A stretch of DNA of 64,000 nucleotides from Tabrizicola sp. (GCF_965284335.1 NZ_OZ260076.1), one strand, 5' to 3'; positions 1-8,946 are shown, counted from the first letter of the stretch. Notes: generated by a model from the letters alone, not told the origin. Program-made: numbers and translations.

Positions 1-8
1 ATCTTATT

Positions 9-1538
9 TTGTTTCCAGTTCTCTTGGCAGGCGCCATCTTTAAGGTGCCCGGAGGGTTGATTGCGGCCTTATTGGCAGCCTTGGCGCTTGGCCCTTTGAT
101 GCCACTTGATGTTGCAACCGGCACGATGCAAACCACGAAAAACTGGCTGGTCCGCATGGTTATGTATTTGATCATTGGCGGATTTGCGGGACTTTTGTCC
201 ACTTTGCTATATGCCCGCCAACAGCAGAGTTTGATCCGCGAACGTATCGACCCCCTCAGTCGGCTGATCTCGCCCATGGCCGCCGCGCGTTTGTGTCAAA
301 CATCCAGTGCGGGGGCAAAGGACAGTTTTACGCCGACTTATGCACTGGTGATCGCATTCGAGGGTTTGGGCTCTGTGCTGCGGACCTTAGGCGTTGACGC
401 AAGCAACAGCGCCATTTTTGCAGTTGGCAAAGCCTTGAATCAAGGTCTTGGTGACTACGCTTTGGTCACCCGCATTCATGGCGCAACCTTTGGTATCTTG
501 TTGCCCCCCGGCAGGCAAACAATGGCATTTCTTCTTTCTCAGTTACAAGAAAGCCTGCCCACAACGATACCTTTGGGCAATTTCTCGATTATCTTGCTGC
601 CCAGATTTGGGGTCGCCAAACTTGACGAGGCCGATCGCGCCGGTGGTCAACCCTTCCGCAAACCCATGGCGGCGCTGCATTTGGCACGCGAGCGCGGAAA
701 ACGCATCGCGCGATACAGCAGTTCGGTGGATCAACTGGCCCAAGATGGCCTAAAACTGGTTTGGGAATTCAGCAAAGCGCTGGAGCAAAAAGAACTCAGC
801 GTCCATTTTCAGCCAAAAGTGACCATTGCGTCGGGCAAACTCTTTGGTGTTGAGGCTTTGGTGCGGTGGAACAGCAGCCAAAGAGGAAACGTTTCGCCCG
901 GATATTTTGTGCCCATCATCGAGAAAACAACGCTTATCGACCCGATGACCCGCCTGATTGCCGAGCAATCTGTTCAAGAGCTTGCCGCTTGGCACGCCAA
1001 AGGTTTGAAAATTGATCTTGCGATCAACATCTCTGCAATTCTTTTTCAGAACAATGATTTCATGAATTTCTTTAAACAATTGCCCGGACGGTATGGGATT
1101 TCGCCTGAATATATTGAGGTTGAAATCACCGAAACCGCCCTGATGGAAGATATGGCAGTCATGCGCAGCGCCTTGATCGAATTGCGCGAATTTGGGTTCA
1201 AAATTGCGATCGATGATTTCGGCACAGGCTATTCATCGTTCAAATACCTAAAGGATCTGCCGATTAACGTCGTTAAATTGGATCAATCCTTCGTGCGTGA
1301 CTTGCCGCAGAACAAGGCAAGCTGCGAAATCGCTTCGGCCATCGCCTCTGTGTGCAGGCGCATGAATTACACCTTGGTGGCCGAAGGGATCGAAACTGAG
1401 GCTGCGCTTGAATTCTTGCACGACCATGGCTGTGATGCCGGGCAGGGTTATCTCTATGCCAAGCCCATGCCAGCCGATGCGTTTCTTGCTTGGGCCGAAA
1501 GCTATAAGCCAATCCAACCCCAAACGGCTTCAAGCTAG
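9..1538 (+). CDS. membrane-associated c-di-GMP phosphodiesterase (degenerate GGDEF-like middle region plus EAL domain); 5' end probably lies outside the window
   Basis: The ORF begins at a TTG and the frame stays open to the window edge. The N-terminus is hydrophobic. EAL-domain motifs are present: 'GVEALVRW', 'EVEITE', 'DDFGTGYSS', 'KLDQSF', 'EGIET', 'GQGYLYAKP'. Confidence 0.85.
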   Translation: MFPVLLAGAIFKVPGGLIAALLAALALGPLMPLDVATGTMQTTKNWLVRMVMYLIIGGFAGLLSTLLYARQQQSLIRERIDPLSRLISPMAAARLCQTSSAGAKDSFTPTYALVIAFEGLGSVLRTLGVDASNSAIFAVGKALNQGLGDYALVTRIHGATFGILLPPGRQTMAFLLSQLQESLPTTIPLGNFSIILLPRFGVAKLDEADRAGGQPFRKPMAALHLARERGKRIARYSSSVDQLAQDGLKLVWEFSKALEQKELSVHFQPKVTIASGKLFGVEALVRWNSSQRGNVSPGYFVPIIEKTTLIDPMTRLIAEQSVQELAAWHAKGLKIDLAINISAILFQNNDFMNFFKQLPGRYGISPEYIEVEITETALMEDMAVMRSALIELREFGFKIAIDDFGTGYSSFKYLKDLPINVVKLDQSFVRDLPQNKASCEIASAIASVCRRMNYTLVAEGIETEAALEFLHDHGCDAGQGYLYAKPMPADAFLAWAESYKPIQPQTASS

Positions 1539-1644
1539 GCCCAAAGTCGTCGCCCGCTTTGCGCCCGCATCGAAGGCCACTTCTGTCGCCTTGATTGTCG
1601 GGCCAGCATTTGCAGATCGCGGCGCTTTCGGTCTATGCCGGGCC

Positions 1645-2364
1645 ATGGACGGAATCGTGCTGCAAGATCTGGGAGTGGAGTTGGGGGGCAAGCCGGTCTT
1701 GTCTGGCCTCACGCTCCATTTGGTCGAGCGGCGGATCGGCATTTTGGGGCGCAACGGATCGGGCAAATCCACGCTGTTGCGGCTGATGGCGGGGCTGATC
1801 GCGCCGACACAGGGCAGCGTGCGCCTTGGGGGGCTCGATCCCGCGCAGGACCGAAAGGCGATTTTGGCCAAGATCGGCATTCTGTTTCAAAATCCCGATC
1901 ATCAAATCCTGTTCCCCACCGTCATCGAAGAATTGTCCTTCGGTCTGATCCAACTGGGCCAAACGCGCGCCGAGGCCGAGGCCCGGGTGCGCGCGGTTTT
2001 ACGGGCCGAAGGCCGCGCCCATTGGGAAGGCGCGCCCACGCATTGCTTGTCGCAAGGCCAGCGCCAGCTGTTGTGCCTGATGGCGGTTTTGCTGATGGCC
2101 CCCGAGACCCTGTTGCTGGATGAGCCTTTCGCAGGTCTCGATCTGCCGACACAGGCACGTCTGACCCGCCGTCTGGACGCCCTGCCACAGCGGTTGATCA
2201 CCATCAGCCATGATCCCTTGGCCGTGGCACAATGCCAGCGCGTGATCTGGCTAGAGGCGGGACAAATCCGCGCCGATGGCCCGGCCCAAGAGGTGAGTGC
2301 CGCCTTCAGTGCCGAAATGGCCCGTTTGGGGGCGGTCGATGCTGACACTGACCTCCTCGGTTGA
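1645..2364 (+). CDS. bioM: ECF-transporter ATPase (biotin transport, BioM-type)
   Basis: Walker A 'GRNGSGKST', signature 'LSQGQRQ', Walker B 'LLLDEP'. ATG at 1645 ('MDGIVLQDLG'). It overlaps the following T-component gene, and a BioY gene comes next. Confidence 0.85.
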   Translation: MDGIVLQDLGVELGGKPVLSGLTLHLVERRIGILGRNGSGKSTLLRLMAGLIAPTQGSVRLGGLDPAQDRKAILAKIGILFQNPDHQILFPTVIEELSFGLIQLGQTRAEAEARVRAVLRAEGRAHWEGAPTHCLSQGQRQLLCLMAVLLMAPETLLLDEPFAGLDLPTQARLTRRLDALPQRLITISHDPLAVAQCQRVIWLEAGQIRADGPAQEVSAAFSAEMARLGAVDADTDLLG

Positions 2365-2938
2365 GATCTGGGCGCATCGGCTGCCCGCCGGGGCCAAGCT
2401 GGCGGCGCTTGCCTGTGGCACGGTGGGGCTTTTTGCGCTGACAACACCTTTGGCGCAAGCTGTTGCAGCCTTGGCTGTTTTGGCGCTGATCGCCAGCGGG
2501 GGCTGGGTATTTGCCCGCGAATGCCTTGGTCTTTTGCGCCCCCTTTGGCCCTTTGTCGCGATTGTCGCGCTGTGGCATCTGATCACCGGGGACATTGCGG
2601 GCGGCGCGGTGGTGATCTTGCGCATGGCGGCGGCGGTGGCGGCAGCGAATTTTGTCACCATGACCACCCGTTTGTCAGACATGCTGGCGGTGATTGAACG
2701 ACTGCTTGCGCCCCTTGCCGCCCTTGGTGTGCGCCCGCGCCCCCTGTCTTTGGCCTTGGCTTTGGTGATCCGCTTTATCCCCGTGATGCTGACGCGGACC
2801 GAGGCGATTTCGCTGGCCTTTCGCGCCCGCAGCCCTCGTCGACCGGGCTGGCGGCTGTTGATGCCTGTAAGTTTGGCCGCCTTGGATGATGCCGAACATG
2901 TCGCCGATGCCTTGCGCGCACGCGGTGGCGTGGGTTAA
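2339..2938 (+). CDS. bioN: ECF-transporter transmembrane T component (BioN-type)
   Basis: Hydrophobic protein of about 200 aa. ATG at 2339 overlaps the bioM 3' end. C-terminal Ala-Arg-Gly/Ser-type coupling motifs ('FRARSP', 'LRARGG'). It sits between the ATPase and BioY. Confidence 0.8.
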   Translation: MLTLTSSVEIWAHRLPAGAKLAALACGTVGLFALTTPLAQAVAALAVLALIASGGWVFARECLGLLRPLWPFVAIVALWHLITGDIAGGAVVILRMAAAVAAANFVTMTTRLSDMLAVIERLLAPLAALGVRPRPLSLALALVIRFIPVMLTRTEAISLAFRARSPRRPGWRLLMPVSLAALDDAEHVADALRARGGVG

Positions 2939-2978
2939 CTGCGCCCAAAAGTTTCGCACCCTGCCAAGGACCCCCGCC

Positions 2979-3521
2979 ATGGAACGTAGCCTGACCCATA
3001 TCGCCCTTTTCGCTGCGCTGATCGCGGTCTTGGGTCTGGTCCCGAAGATCGACCTTGCCTCCGGCGTGCCGATCACCGCGCAGTCTTTGGGCGTCATGCT
3101 CTGTGGCACGGTTTTGGGCGCGCGGCGCGGGGCGCTGGCAGTGGGGCTCTTCTTGCTGGTAACCCTGGCGGGCCTGCCGCTTTTGTCGGGCGGGCGTGGG
3201 GGCTTGGGCGTTCTGGCCTCACCCACGGTGGGCTATATCATTGGCTTTCCCGTGGCGGCCTTTGTTGCAGGGGTTGTCACCCGCCGCTTGCGCGCCCCGG
3301 TGGGGGTGTCGGCCGCCCTTGGTGCGGCTTTGGGGGGCATTGTGGTGCTGAACGCCATGGGCATTTTCGGCATGTCGGTGATGCTGGACAAGAGCTTGGC
3401 CGAAGCCAGCCTTTTGGCCGCACCCTTTTTGGTGGGCGACAGTCTCAAGGCCGTTCTGGCCGGTCTGGTCACCCAAGCCATCGCCAAGGCCCGCCCCGAG
3501 GCGCTCTTGTCACGCGCCTGA
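2979..3521 (+). CDS. bioY: biotin ECF-transporter substrate-specific S component BioY
   Basis: Polytopic protein of about 180 aa starting 'MERSLTHIALFAALIAVLG'. BioY-like segments 'PITAQSLGVMLCG' and 'GYIIGFP'. Third gene of the M-N-Y arrangement. Confidence 0.85.
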   Translation: MERSLTHIALFAALIAVLGLVPKIDLASGVPITAQSLGVMLCGTVLGARRGALAVGLFLLVTLAGLPLLSGGRGGLGVLASPTVGYIIGFPVAAFVAGVVTRRLRAPVGVSAALGAALGGIVVLNAMGIFGMSVMLDKSLAEASLLAAPFLVGDSLKAVLAGLVTQAIAKARPEALLSRA

Positions 3522-4601
3522 CCGCGCCACCACCAAAGCCGTGCCAAGGCCCCCGGCTGCCGCAATTGCGGCGAGCCCATAGCCATGACCTTGCGCCAAG
3601 CCATGGAACAGCCGCACTGCAAGGATCGCGCCCGAGGCTCCAATCGGGTGGCCCCGCGCCAAGGCCCCGCCGCTGCGGTTGACACTGCCCATGGGCAGGC
3701 CCGCCCCCGCGACACAGCCCATCGCCTGCACGGCATAGGCCTCCATCACCTCTGCCATGGCAAGATCCGCCGGGCCAATCCCGGCACGCTCCAACGCCGC
3801 CGCTGTTGCGGCCACCGGCACCAGACCCGGCTCCTCAGGGTTACCGCCCAAGGTAACCCCCGCCAAAATTCGCATCCCCCGCCCGGCGGCCACCCGATCT
3901 GACACCACCAGCACAAAGGCCGCCGCATCGGCCGCCACCGCCGCCGTGGCCGCCGTGATCGTGCCCACCAAAGGCCGCGCCCGCGCGGCCAGCGCCGGGG
4001 TCATCGCCCGCGTAAAGGCATCCCGCGCCACCCCTTCCAGCGGCACAATCTCGGGCCAATCGGCCACGGCGCGCGCGCGCGCATGGCTCGCCACCGCCCA
4101 ATCGGCCTGCGCCTTGGCCGTCACCCCCAACCGCTCGGCCAAAGCCGCCGCCGCCTCTGTCATCTCGGGATCCCGCTCGGGCCAAGGGGTAAAGGGGGCC
4201 TGATCGTAAGGCATGGCCTGCCCATCCGGCCCCATCATGGCGCGCAAGGGTCGGCGTGAATAGCTCTCCGCCCCCCCCGCCAAAACGACCTCAGCCGCAC
4301 CACTGTCAACCAAGGCCCGCGCCAAGACGATGGCATCCAGCCCGCCTGCGCATTGCCGATCAATGGTCAAACCCGCCACCCCTTCGGACAAGCCCGCCAG
4401 CAAGGCCGCCCGCCGCGCCGGATTGCCGCCCGCGCCCAGCGCATTGGCCAAGATCACCTCATCCACCCGCGCCGCCGGCATATCGGCATCAGCCAGCACA
4501 GCCCGCAACACCGGTGCCGCCAGATCTTCAATGCGCAACTGGGCAAAGGCCCCGCCCCGGGGACAAACCGCCGTGCGCCGGGCTGCCAAGATCACCGCCA
4601 T
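3510..4601 (-). CDS. thiolase-family acyl-CoA acetyl/acyltransferase-like protein
   Basis: 'MAVILAARRTAV' start at 4601. Nucleophile context 'DRQCAGGLDA' and His motif 'GGALARGHPIGASG'. The C-terminal 'AIAAAGGLG' stands where canonical thiolases have C-x-G-G-G. Confidence 0.8.
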   Translation of the reverse strand: MAVILAARRTAVCPRGGAFAQLRIEDLAAPVLRAVLADADMPAARVDEVILANALGAGGNPARRAALLAGLSEGVAGLTIDRQCAGGLDAIVLARALVDSGAAEVVLAGGAESYSRRPLRAMMGPDGQAMPYDQAPFTPWPERDPEMTEAAAALAERLGVTAKAQADWAVASHARARAVADWPEIVPLEGVARDAFTRAMTPALAARARPLVGTITAATAAVAADAAAFVLVVSDRVAAGRGMRILAGVTLGGNPEEPGLVPVAATAAALERAGIGPADLAMAEVMEAYAVQAMGCVAGAGLPMGSVNRSGGALARGHPIGASGAILAVRLFHGLAQGHGYGLAAIAAAGGLGTALVVARSGA

Positions 4602-5683
4602 CCCAAAGCCCGCTCCAGCGCGACCAGATCGGTCTTGCCCGACCCCAGCATCGGCCATTCCGCCACCCGATACACCGCCTTTGGCGATTTAAGCGGCCCC
4701 AGCGCCCCCCGGCAGGCCGCCAAAACCGCCGCATCCGAGGCCGCCCCCATAATCACCGCCACCAGATGCACCCCGCGCAAAGGATCAGGCCGGGGCAAGA
4801 CCGCCGCCCGCGCCACATCAGGCAGACCCAGCAAAAATGCCTCGATCTCTTCAGGAAACACATTGTGATCGGCCACCGTCACCATGCGCCCCGCGCGGCC
4901 CGACAGGTATAAAAACCCATCCTCCATCCGGCCCATCTCACCCACCGAAAGCCAGCCCTCGCGCCAGCGCGCGCCCCCCGGATCGGTCCCGGCATAGGCG
5001 CGGAAAAGATAAGGGCTTCGCACCCAGATCTCCCCCTGATCCACGGTGATCTCCACCCCCGGATAGGGCCGCCCAACAGACTCCGCCGGGCAATCCGGCC
5101 CAGAAAGCGAGATGAAACTCGCCTCCGCCGCGCCGTAGAACTCCTGCACCACCGCCCTTGGCGCCATGGCGGCCAATCCGGCCCGCAAAACAGGGTCAAG
5201 CTTGGACCCGCCGACAAGAACGCGGGTCAAGGCCAACGCCTCGCCACCCGCCTCCACCATCAGCCGCAACTGCGCCGGCGTCGCATAAAGCACCGCCACC
5301 CGCCGCGCAGCCAAGACTGCGCGCTGCCGGTCAGGGCGCAGATCATCCAAAAGATGCAGCGCCGCCCCAAGCGACAGCGCCTCGACCGCGCCATAAAGCG
5401 CCAGCGAATGGCTGAGCCGACCAAGCACGGCCACCCCCACGCCCGGGCCAATGCCAAACAACCGGGCATTGACGGCAAAAGACGCCTGCCACGAGGCCAC
5501 GCTCCGCAAGATATGCCGCGGCTGGCCGGACGAGCCTGAGGTCAGGGTCTCAAACTCCCCCTCCCCCGCCTGCAATGATCCCGCCCCGCCAATCCGGAAC
5601 GGCCCGCCAAAGGCCCCTGCCAAGGCAGCCAAGGCTGGCCTTTCGGCCAAGACCCCGCCCGCACCCGGCGGGAAATCCTCCAC
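4592..5683 (-). CDS. short AMP-dependent synthetase/ligase (acyl-CoA ligase family); start uncertain
   Basis: Adenylation motifs 'LTSGSSGQPR', 'EFYGAAE', 'GEMGRMEDGFLYLSGRAGRMV', 'GSGKTD'. The ORF-track start (5836) overlaps aroQ and translates an intergenic repeat, so I place the start at an in-frame GTG at 5683. The stop overlaps the thiolase start by 10 nt. Confidence 0.7.
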   Translation of the reverse strand: MEDFPPGAGGVLAERPALAALAGAFGGPFRIGGAGSLQAGEGEFETLTSGSSGQPRHILRSVASWQASFAVNARLFGIGPGVGVAVLGRLSHSLALYGAVEALSLGAALHLLDDLRPDRQRAVLAARRVAVLYATPAQLRLMVEAGGEALALTRVLVGGSKLDPVLRAGLAAMAPRAVVQEFYGAAEASFISLSGPDCPAESVGRPYPGVEITVDQGEIWVRSPYLFRAYAGTDPGGARWREGWLSVGEMGRMEDGFLYLSGRAGRMVTVADHNVFPEEIEAFLLGLPDVARAAVLPRPDPLRGVHLVAVIMGAASDAAVLAACRGALGPLKSPKAVYRVAEWPMLGSGKTDLVALERALGWR

Positions 5684-5722
5684 ACCCCAGAGCCGCGCCT
5701 GCGGATGCAGACCAAACCCGCC

Positions 5723-5754
5723 CTTCCTCTTGGCAAAAATACTCCCGGCGGAGC
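5723..5754. repeat. 32-nt intergenic repeat, family A (copy 1)
   Basis: CTTCCTCTTGGCAAAAATACTCCCGGCGGAGC, located between the aroQ stop and the probable ligase start. Confidence 0.85.
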
Positions 5755-5780
5755 CGCACAGTCCCGCCAAAGCCCCCGCC

Positions 5781-6218
5781 TCAGGCAACAAGCCCGGCCA
5801 TCCGCCGCAGCGCAAAAAGATAGCCCTCGGTCCCAAACCCCGCGATCACGCCATCTGCACGGGCCGACACAAAGGAATGATGCCGAAACGTCTCGCGCTT
5901 GTGGATATTGCTGATATGCACCTCAAGCACCGGCCCTTCAAAGGCATTCAGCGCATCCAGAATAGCCACCGAGGTATGGCTATAGGCGCCGGGGTTGATG
6001 ACAATCCCTGCCGCCGTGCGCCGCGCCTCTTGGATCCAATCCACCAGCTCCCCCTCGTGGTTCGACTGGCGGCACAAAACCGCCAGCCCCAGCTCCGCCG
6101 CAAGCCGCGCCAACGCCGCCTCGACATCGGCCAAGGTTTCACGCCCATAAATCTCGGGCTGGCGCTGACCCAGAAGGTTCAGGTTCGGGCCATTCAAAAC
6201 AAGGATCGGCTGGGTCAC
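5781..6218 (-). CDS. aroQ: 3-dehydroquinate dehydratase, type II
   Basis: 145 aa with '[21 protein letters not shown]', '[12 protein letters not shown]', '[11 protein letters not shown]', 'HISNIHKRE'. Confidence 0.95.
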   Translation of the reverse strand: MTQPILVLNGPNLNLLGQRQPEIYGRETLADVEAALARLAAELGLAVLCRQSNHEGELVDWIQEARRTAAGIVINPGAYSHTSVAILDALNAFEGPVLEVHISNIHKRETFRHHSFVSARADGVIAGFGTEGYLFALRRMAGLVA

Positions 6219-6299
6219 GGGAAACTATCCTTTGCAAGCTGCGCCAAAGCTTAGCCCATCGCACCCGCCACGCAAAGCCCCCCAGCCTGCCCGATTGCG

Positions 6300-6333
6300 C
6301 CCCACGACGAGACGCCGAAGGCGTGCGAGGAGT
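6300..6333. repeat. GC-rich intergenic repeat, family C (copy 1)
   Basis: CCCCACGACGAGACGCCGAAGGCGTGCGAGGAGT versus 51605-51637 CCCCACGACGAGGCGGCGAAGCCCCCGAGGAGT. Confidence 0.75.
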
Positions 6334-6485
6334 GATGGGGCTGCATAAAAAACGCCCCCCGACAGGCCAAAAAGCGGCCCGAAGGGAGGCGCAAGAGAGG
6401 TCGCACCACTTGGGGGGATGGGTCTTTGACAGGGAGACCAACCAAAGACCCAGGGATGCACACGCGTTCAGGCGCGCGAATGCCC

Positions 6486-7364
6486 TCAGGCGACCTTTTC
6501 CAAAGCAATCTGCGGGCTGATGCCCAAGGCGCGCACCACCTCCCGCGTCAGATGGGGGCGGTTCAGGGTGTAGAAATGCAAATCCTCCACCCCCCCCGCA
6601 ATCAGCCGAGCACACAGTGCGGTGCATTGGGTCAGCGCCAAGAGATCCTCGCGCCCATCGCGGGCAGCGGTGGCGAATGCCTCATCCAGCCGCGCAGGCA
6701 CATGCGCGCCACAGCGCGCCGCAAAGCGCTTGGTTCCTTCCCAGCTTTGAATGGGCAAGATGCCCGGAATGATCGGCACATGAATGCCCGCCGCCACACA
6801 ATCATCGCGAAAGCGGAAAAACGCATCCGCATCAAAGAAGAACTGGGTGATCGCCTTCGTCGCACCCGCATCGACCTTGCGCTTCAGCCAGCGCACATCT
6901 GCCGTGGGATCGGCCGCATCGGGGTGCGGTTCGGGATATGCGCCCACCGCAATCTCGAACTTGCCCGTCGCGGCCAATGCCGCCACCAACTCAACCGAGC
7001 TGGCAAAGCCATCGGCATGGGGGGTAAAGCGCGCCGCACCATTCGGCGCATCACCGCGCAAGGCCACGATCTGGCGCACGCCCGCCTGATTATAGGCTTC
7101 GGCAATCTCCAGCGTCTCGGCCTTTGAGGCGTCAACGCAGGTCAGATGCGCCGCCACGTTCAGCCCGTGACTGCGGTGCAAGGTGCCCACCGCATCATGG
7201 GTCAGCTTGCGGGTGGTGCCGCCCGCACCATAGGTCACACTGACAAATTCGGGGGCCATCGGTGCCAAGGCCTGCACCGCTTCGAAAAGCTTGAACGAGG
7301 CGTCCAGCGTTTGCGGCGGGAAGAACTCGAACGAAATGCGCGGGGCGGTGGGCAGGCCAGTCAT
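6486..7364 (-). CDS. metF: 5,10-methylenetetrahydrofolate reductase
   Basis: 'ISFEFFPPQT', 'VSVTYGAGGTTR', 'LTCV', 'IVALRGD'. ATG at 7364 ('MTGLPTAP'). The longer ORF-track N-terminus has no family similarity. Confidence 0.9.
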   Translation of the reverse strand: MTGLPTAPRISFEFFPPQTLDASFKLFEAVQALAPMAPEFVSVTYGAGGTTRKLTHDAVGTLHRSHGLNVAAHLTCVDASKAETLEIAEAYNQAGVRQIVALRGDAPNGAARFTPHADGFASSVELVAALAATGKFEIAVGAYPEPHPDAADPTADVRWLKRKVDAGATKAITQFFFDADAFFRFRDDCVAAGIHVPIIPGILPIQSWEGTKRFAARCGAHVPARLDEAFATAARDGREDLLALTQCTALCARLIAGGVEDLHFYTLNRPHLTREVVRALGISPQIALEKVA

Positions 7365-7420
7365 GGAATGTCTCCTTTTCTCTTGCGCCTTTCTGCCAGA
7401 TTGGCCAATGTGACGCCAAT

Positions 7421-7433
7421 TCATAATATTCAC
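7421..7433. promoter_or_regulatory. candidate MetR box in the metF/metR divergent promoter region
   Basis: TGACGCCAATTCA matches the enterobacterial MetR half-palindrome TGAA-N5-TTCA (recalled from memory) at 12 of 13 positions. It lies between the divergent metF and metR starts. Confidence 0.3.
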
Positions 7434-7454
7434 AATCATTATGTGGTGATCCTC

Positions 7455-8360
7455 ATGTATATCGAGCTGCGCCACCTGCGCACCATCCGCGCCATCCAGC
7501 AGGCAGGCGGGCTTGCCCGCGCGGCCGAGATGCTGAACATGACGCAATCAGCCCTGTCGCATCAGGTCGCGGGTCTGGAAGATCAGGCAGGGATGGAGCT
7601 CTTTGTCCGCCGCTCAAAGCCGATGCGACTGTCGGCAGCGGGCCAAAGGATGCTGCGTGCGGCCGAACGCATCCTGCCCGAGATCACCGCACTCGAAGAG
7701 GAATTCCGCGCCTTGCGCGCGGGCAAAACCGGGCGGCTGCACATCGCCATTCAGTGCCATGCCTGCTTTGACTGGCTTTTCCCGGTGCTGGAACTCTTTC
7801 GCCACGCTTGGCCCGAGGTGGATGTCGACATCCGCGCTGGGCTCGCCTTCGAACCTTTCCCCGCCTTGGCGCGCGAAGAGGTGGATCTGGTGATCTCGTC
7901 GAACCCCGAACCGCTGCCGGGCGTGGTGGCGCATCCGCTGTTTGATTATGCCCCCACGCTGGTTGCCTCGGCGCAAAGCCCGCTTGCGGCCAAGACCATG
8001 ATCACTGCCGAAGACCTGCGTGACCAGACGCTGATCACCTATCCTGTGGGCCGCGACAAGCTGGATGTCTTTACAGATCTTTTGACCCCCGCCCGCGTGG
8101 AACCGGCAGGCCAGCGCCATGTGGAACTGACAGCGGTGATCCTGATGCTGGTCGGCTCGAACCGCGGGGTGGCGGTGCTGCCCGACTGGGTGATCCGCGA
8201 GGTGAAATCAAACCCCGATTACATCACAAGGCCCTTGGCCCCCGGCAATGTCACCCGCCGCCTTTATGCCTGCCTGCGCGAAGAAGACACCGCACGCCCC
8301 TATATGGCGCATTTTCTGAAACTGGGGCGATCCGAACCGATGAAGCTGCAACGCGGCTGA
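7455..8360 (+). CDS. metR: LysR-family transcriptional regulator, MetR-like
   Basis: N-terminal LysR HTH 'MYIELRHLRTIRAIQQAGGLARAAEMLNMTQSALSHQV', about 300 aa, divergent from metF. The symbol is inferred from context. Confidence 0.7.
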   Translation: MYIELRHLRTIRAIQQAGGLARAAEMLNMTQSALSHQVAGLEDQAGMELFVRRSKPMRLSAAGQRMLRAAERILPEITALEEEFRALRAGKTGRLHIAIQCHACFDWLFPVLELFRHAWPEVDVDIRAGLAFEPFPALAREEVDLVISSNPEPLPGVVAHPLFDYAPTLVASAQSPLAAKTMITAEDLRDQTLITYPVGRDKLDVFTDLLTPARVEPAGQRHVELTAVILMLVGSNRGVAVLPDWVIREVKSNPDYITRPLAPGNVTRRLYACLREEDTARPYMAHFLKLGRSEPMKLQRG

Positions 8361-8526
8361 TCTGATAAGGCGGCTGATCTGATAAAACAGGCCGCCCTTT
8401 GCCCGGCTCGCCCGATTTCTTGCCCTCCTGCCAGTCTTGTCCGCGCCCAGTTGGCCGTTACGACTTGACAGACAGACGCATGCGCCACAGCCTTCCATCA
8501 TCCTTCTGGCCACCGCGAGCGCCGCC

Positions 8527-8946
8527 ATGACCCGGATATTCGCCCTTCTGATGGGGGTCTGTCTTGCCCTGCCCTTACAGGCCGAGGTGCGGGTGCTGGC
8601 GCGGGTGTCGGTGTCAGAACAGGTGGTGCGGGTTTATCACGAAGGCCGCCACCTCTTTACTTGGCCAGTCTCCACCGCCAAGCAAGGCAAAGTCACCCCG
8701 CCGGGCACCTTCACGCCAGAGTTTTTGTCGCGCAACCACCGCTCCTCGCTTTACAACAACGCGCCGATGCCGTTTTCGATCTTTTATCGCGGCAATTACG
8801 CCATTCACGGCACCGACCAGATCTCCAAACTCGGCCGCCCGGCGTCAAACGGCTGCGTGCGGCTGCATCCTGACAATGCCCGCATCCTGTTTCGCATGGT
8901 GCGCGCCGAGGGTATGGCCGCCACCCGTGTGGTGATCGCGCCTTAA
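8527..8946 (+). CDS. L,D-transpeptidase (YkuD domain), secreted
   Basis: Signal peptide 'MTRIFALLMGVCLALPLQAEV'. Catalytic motif 'HGTDQISKLGRPASNGCVRL'. Confidence 0.8.
   Translation: MTRIFALLMGVCLALPLQAEVRVLARVSVSEQVVRVYHEGRHLFTWPVSTAKQGKVTPPGTFTPEFLSRNHRSSLYNNAPMPFSIFYRGNYAIHGTDQISKLGRPASNGCVRLHPDNARILFRMVRAEGMAATRVVIAP

Noticed and set aside
1408-1644. N-terminal 79-codon extension of the bioM ORF, overlapping the EAL gene's 3' end.
   Set aside because: The extension has no ABC-ATPase similarity and overlaps the preceding gene. The ATPase domain starts cleanly at the ATG at 1645.
1539-1644. I looked for a BioR-type operator (TTATMKATAA) or other biotin-responsive site upstream of bioMNY.
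   Set aside because: No such sequence is present in the spacer, so nothing could be supported.
6219-6485. Possible tmRNA, 6S RNA or another known ncRNA in the metF-aroQ spacer.
   Set aside because: No tag-peptide reading frame (ANDN...-type) is present on either strand, there is no tRNA-like acceptor/T-arm sequence, and I recognise no conserved ncRNA core. It is retained only as a low-interest structured spacer.
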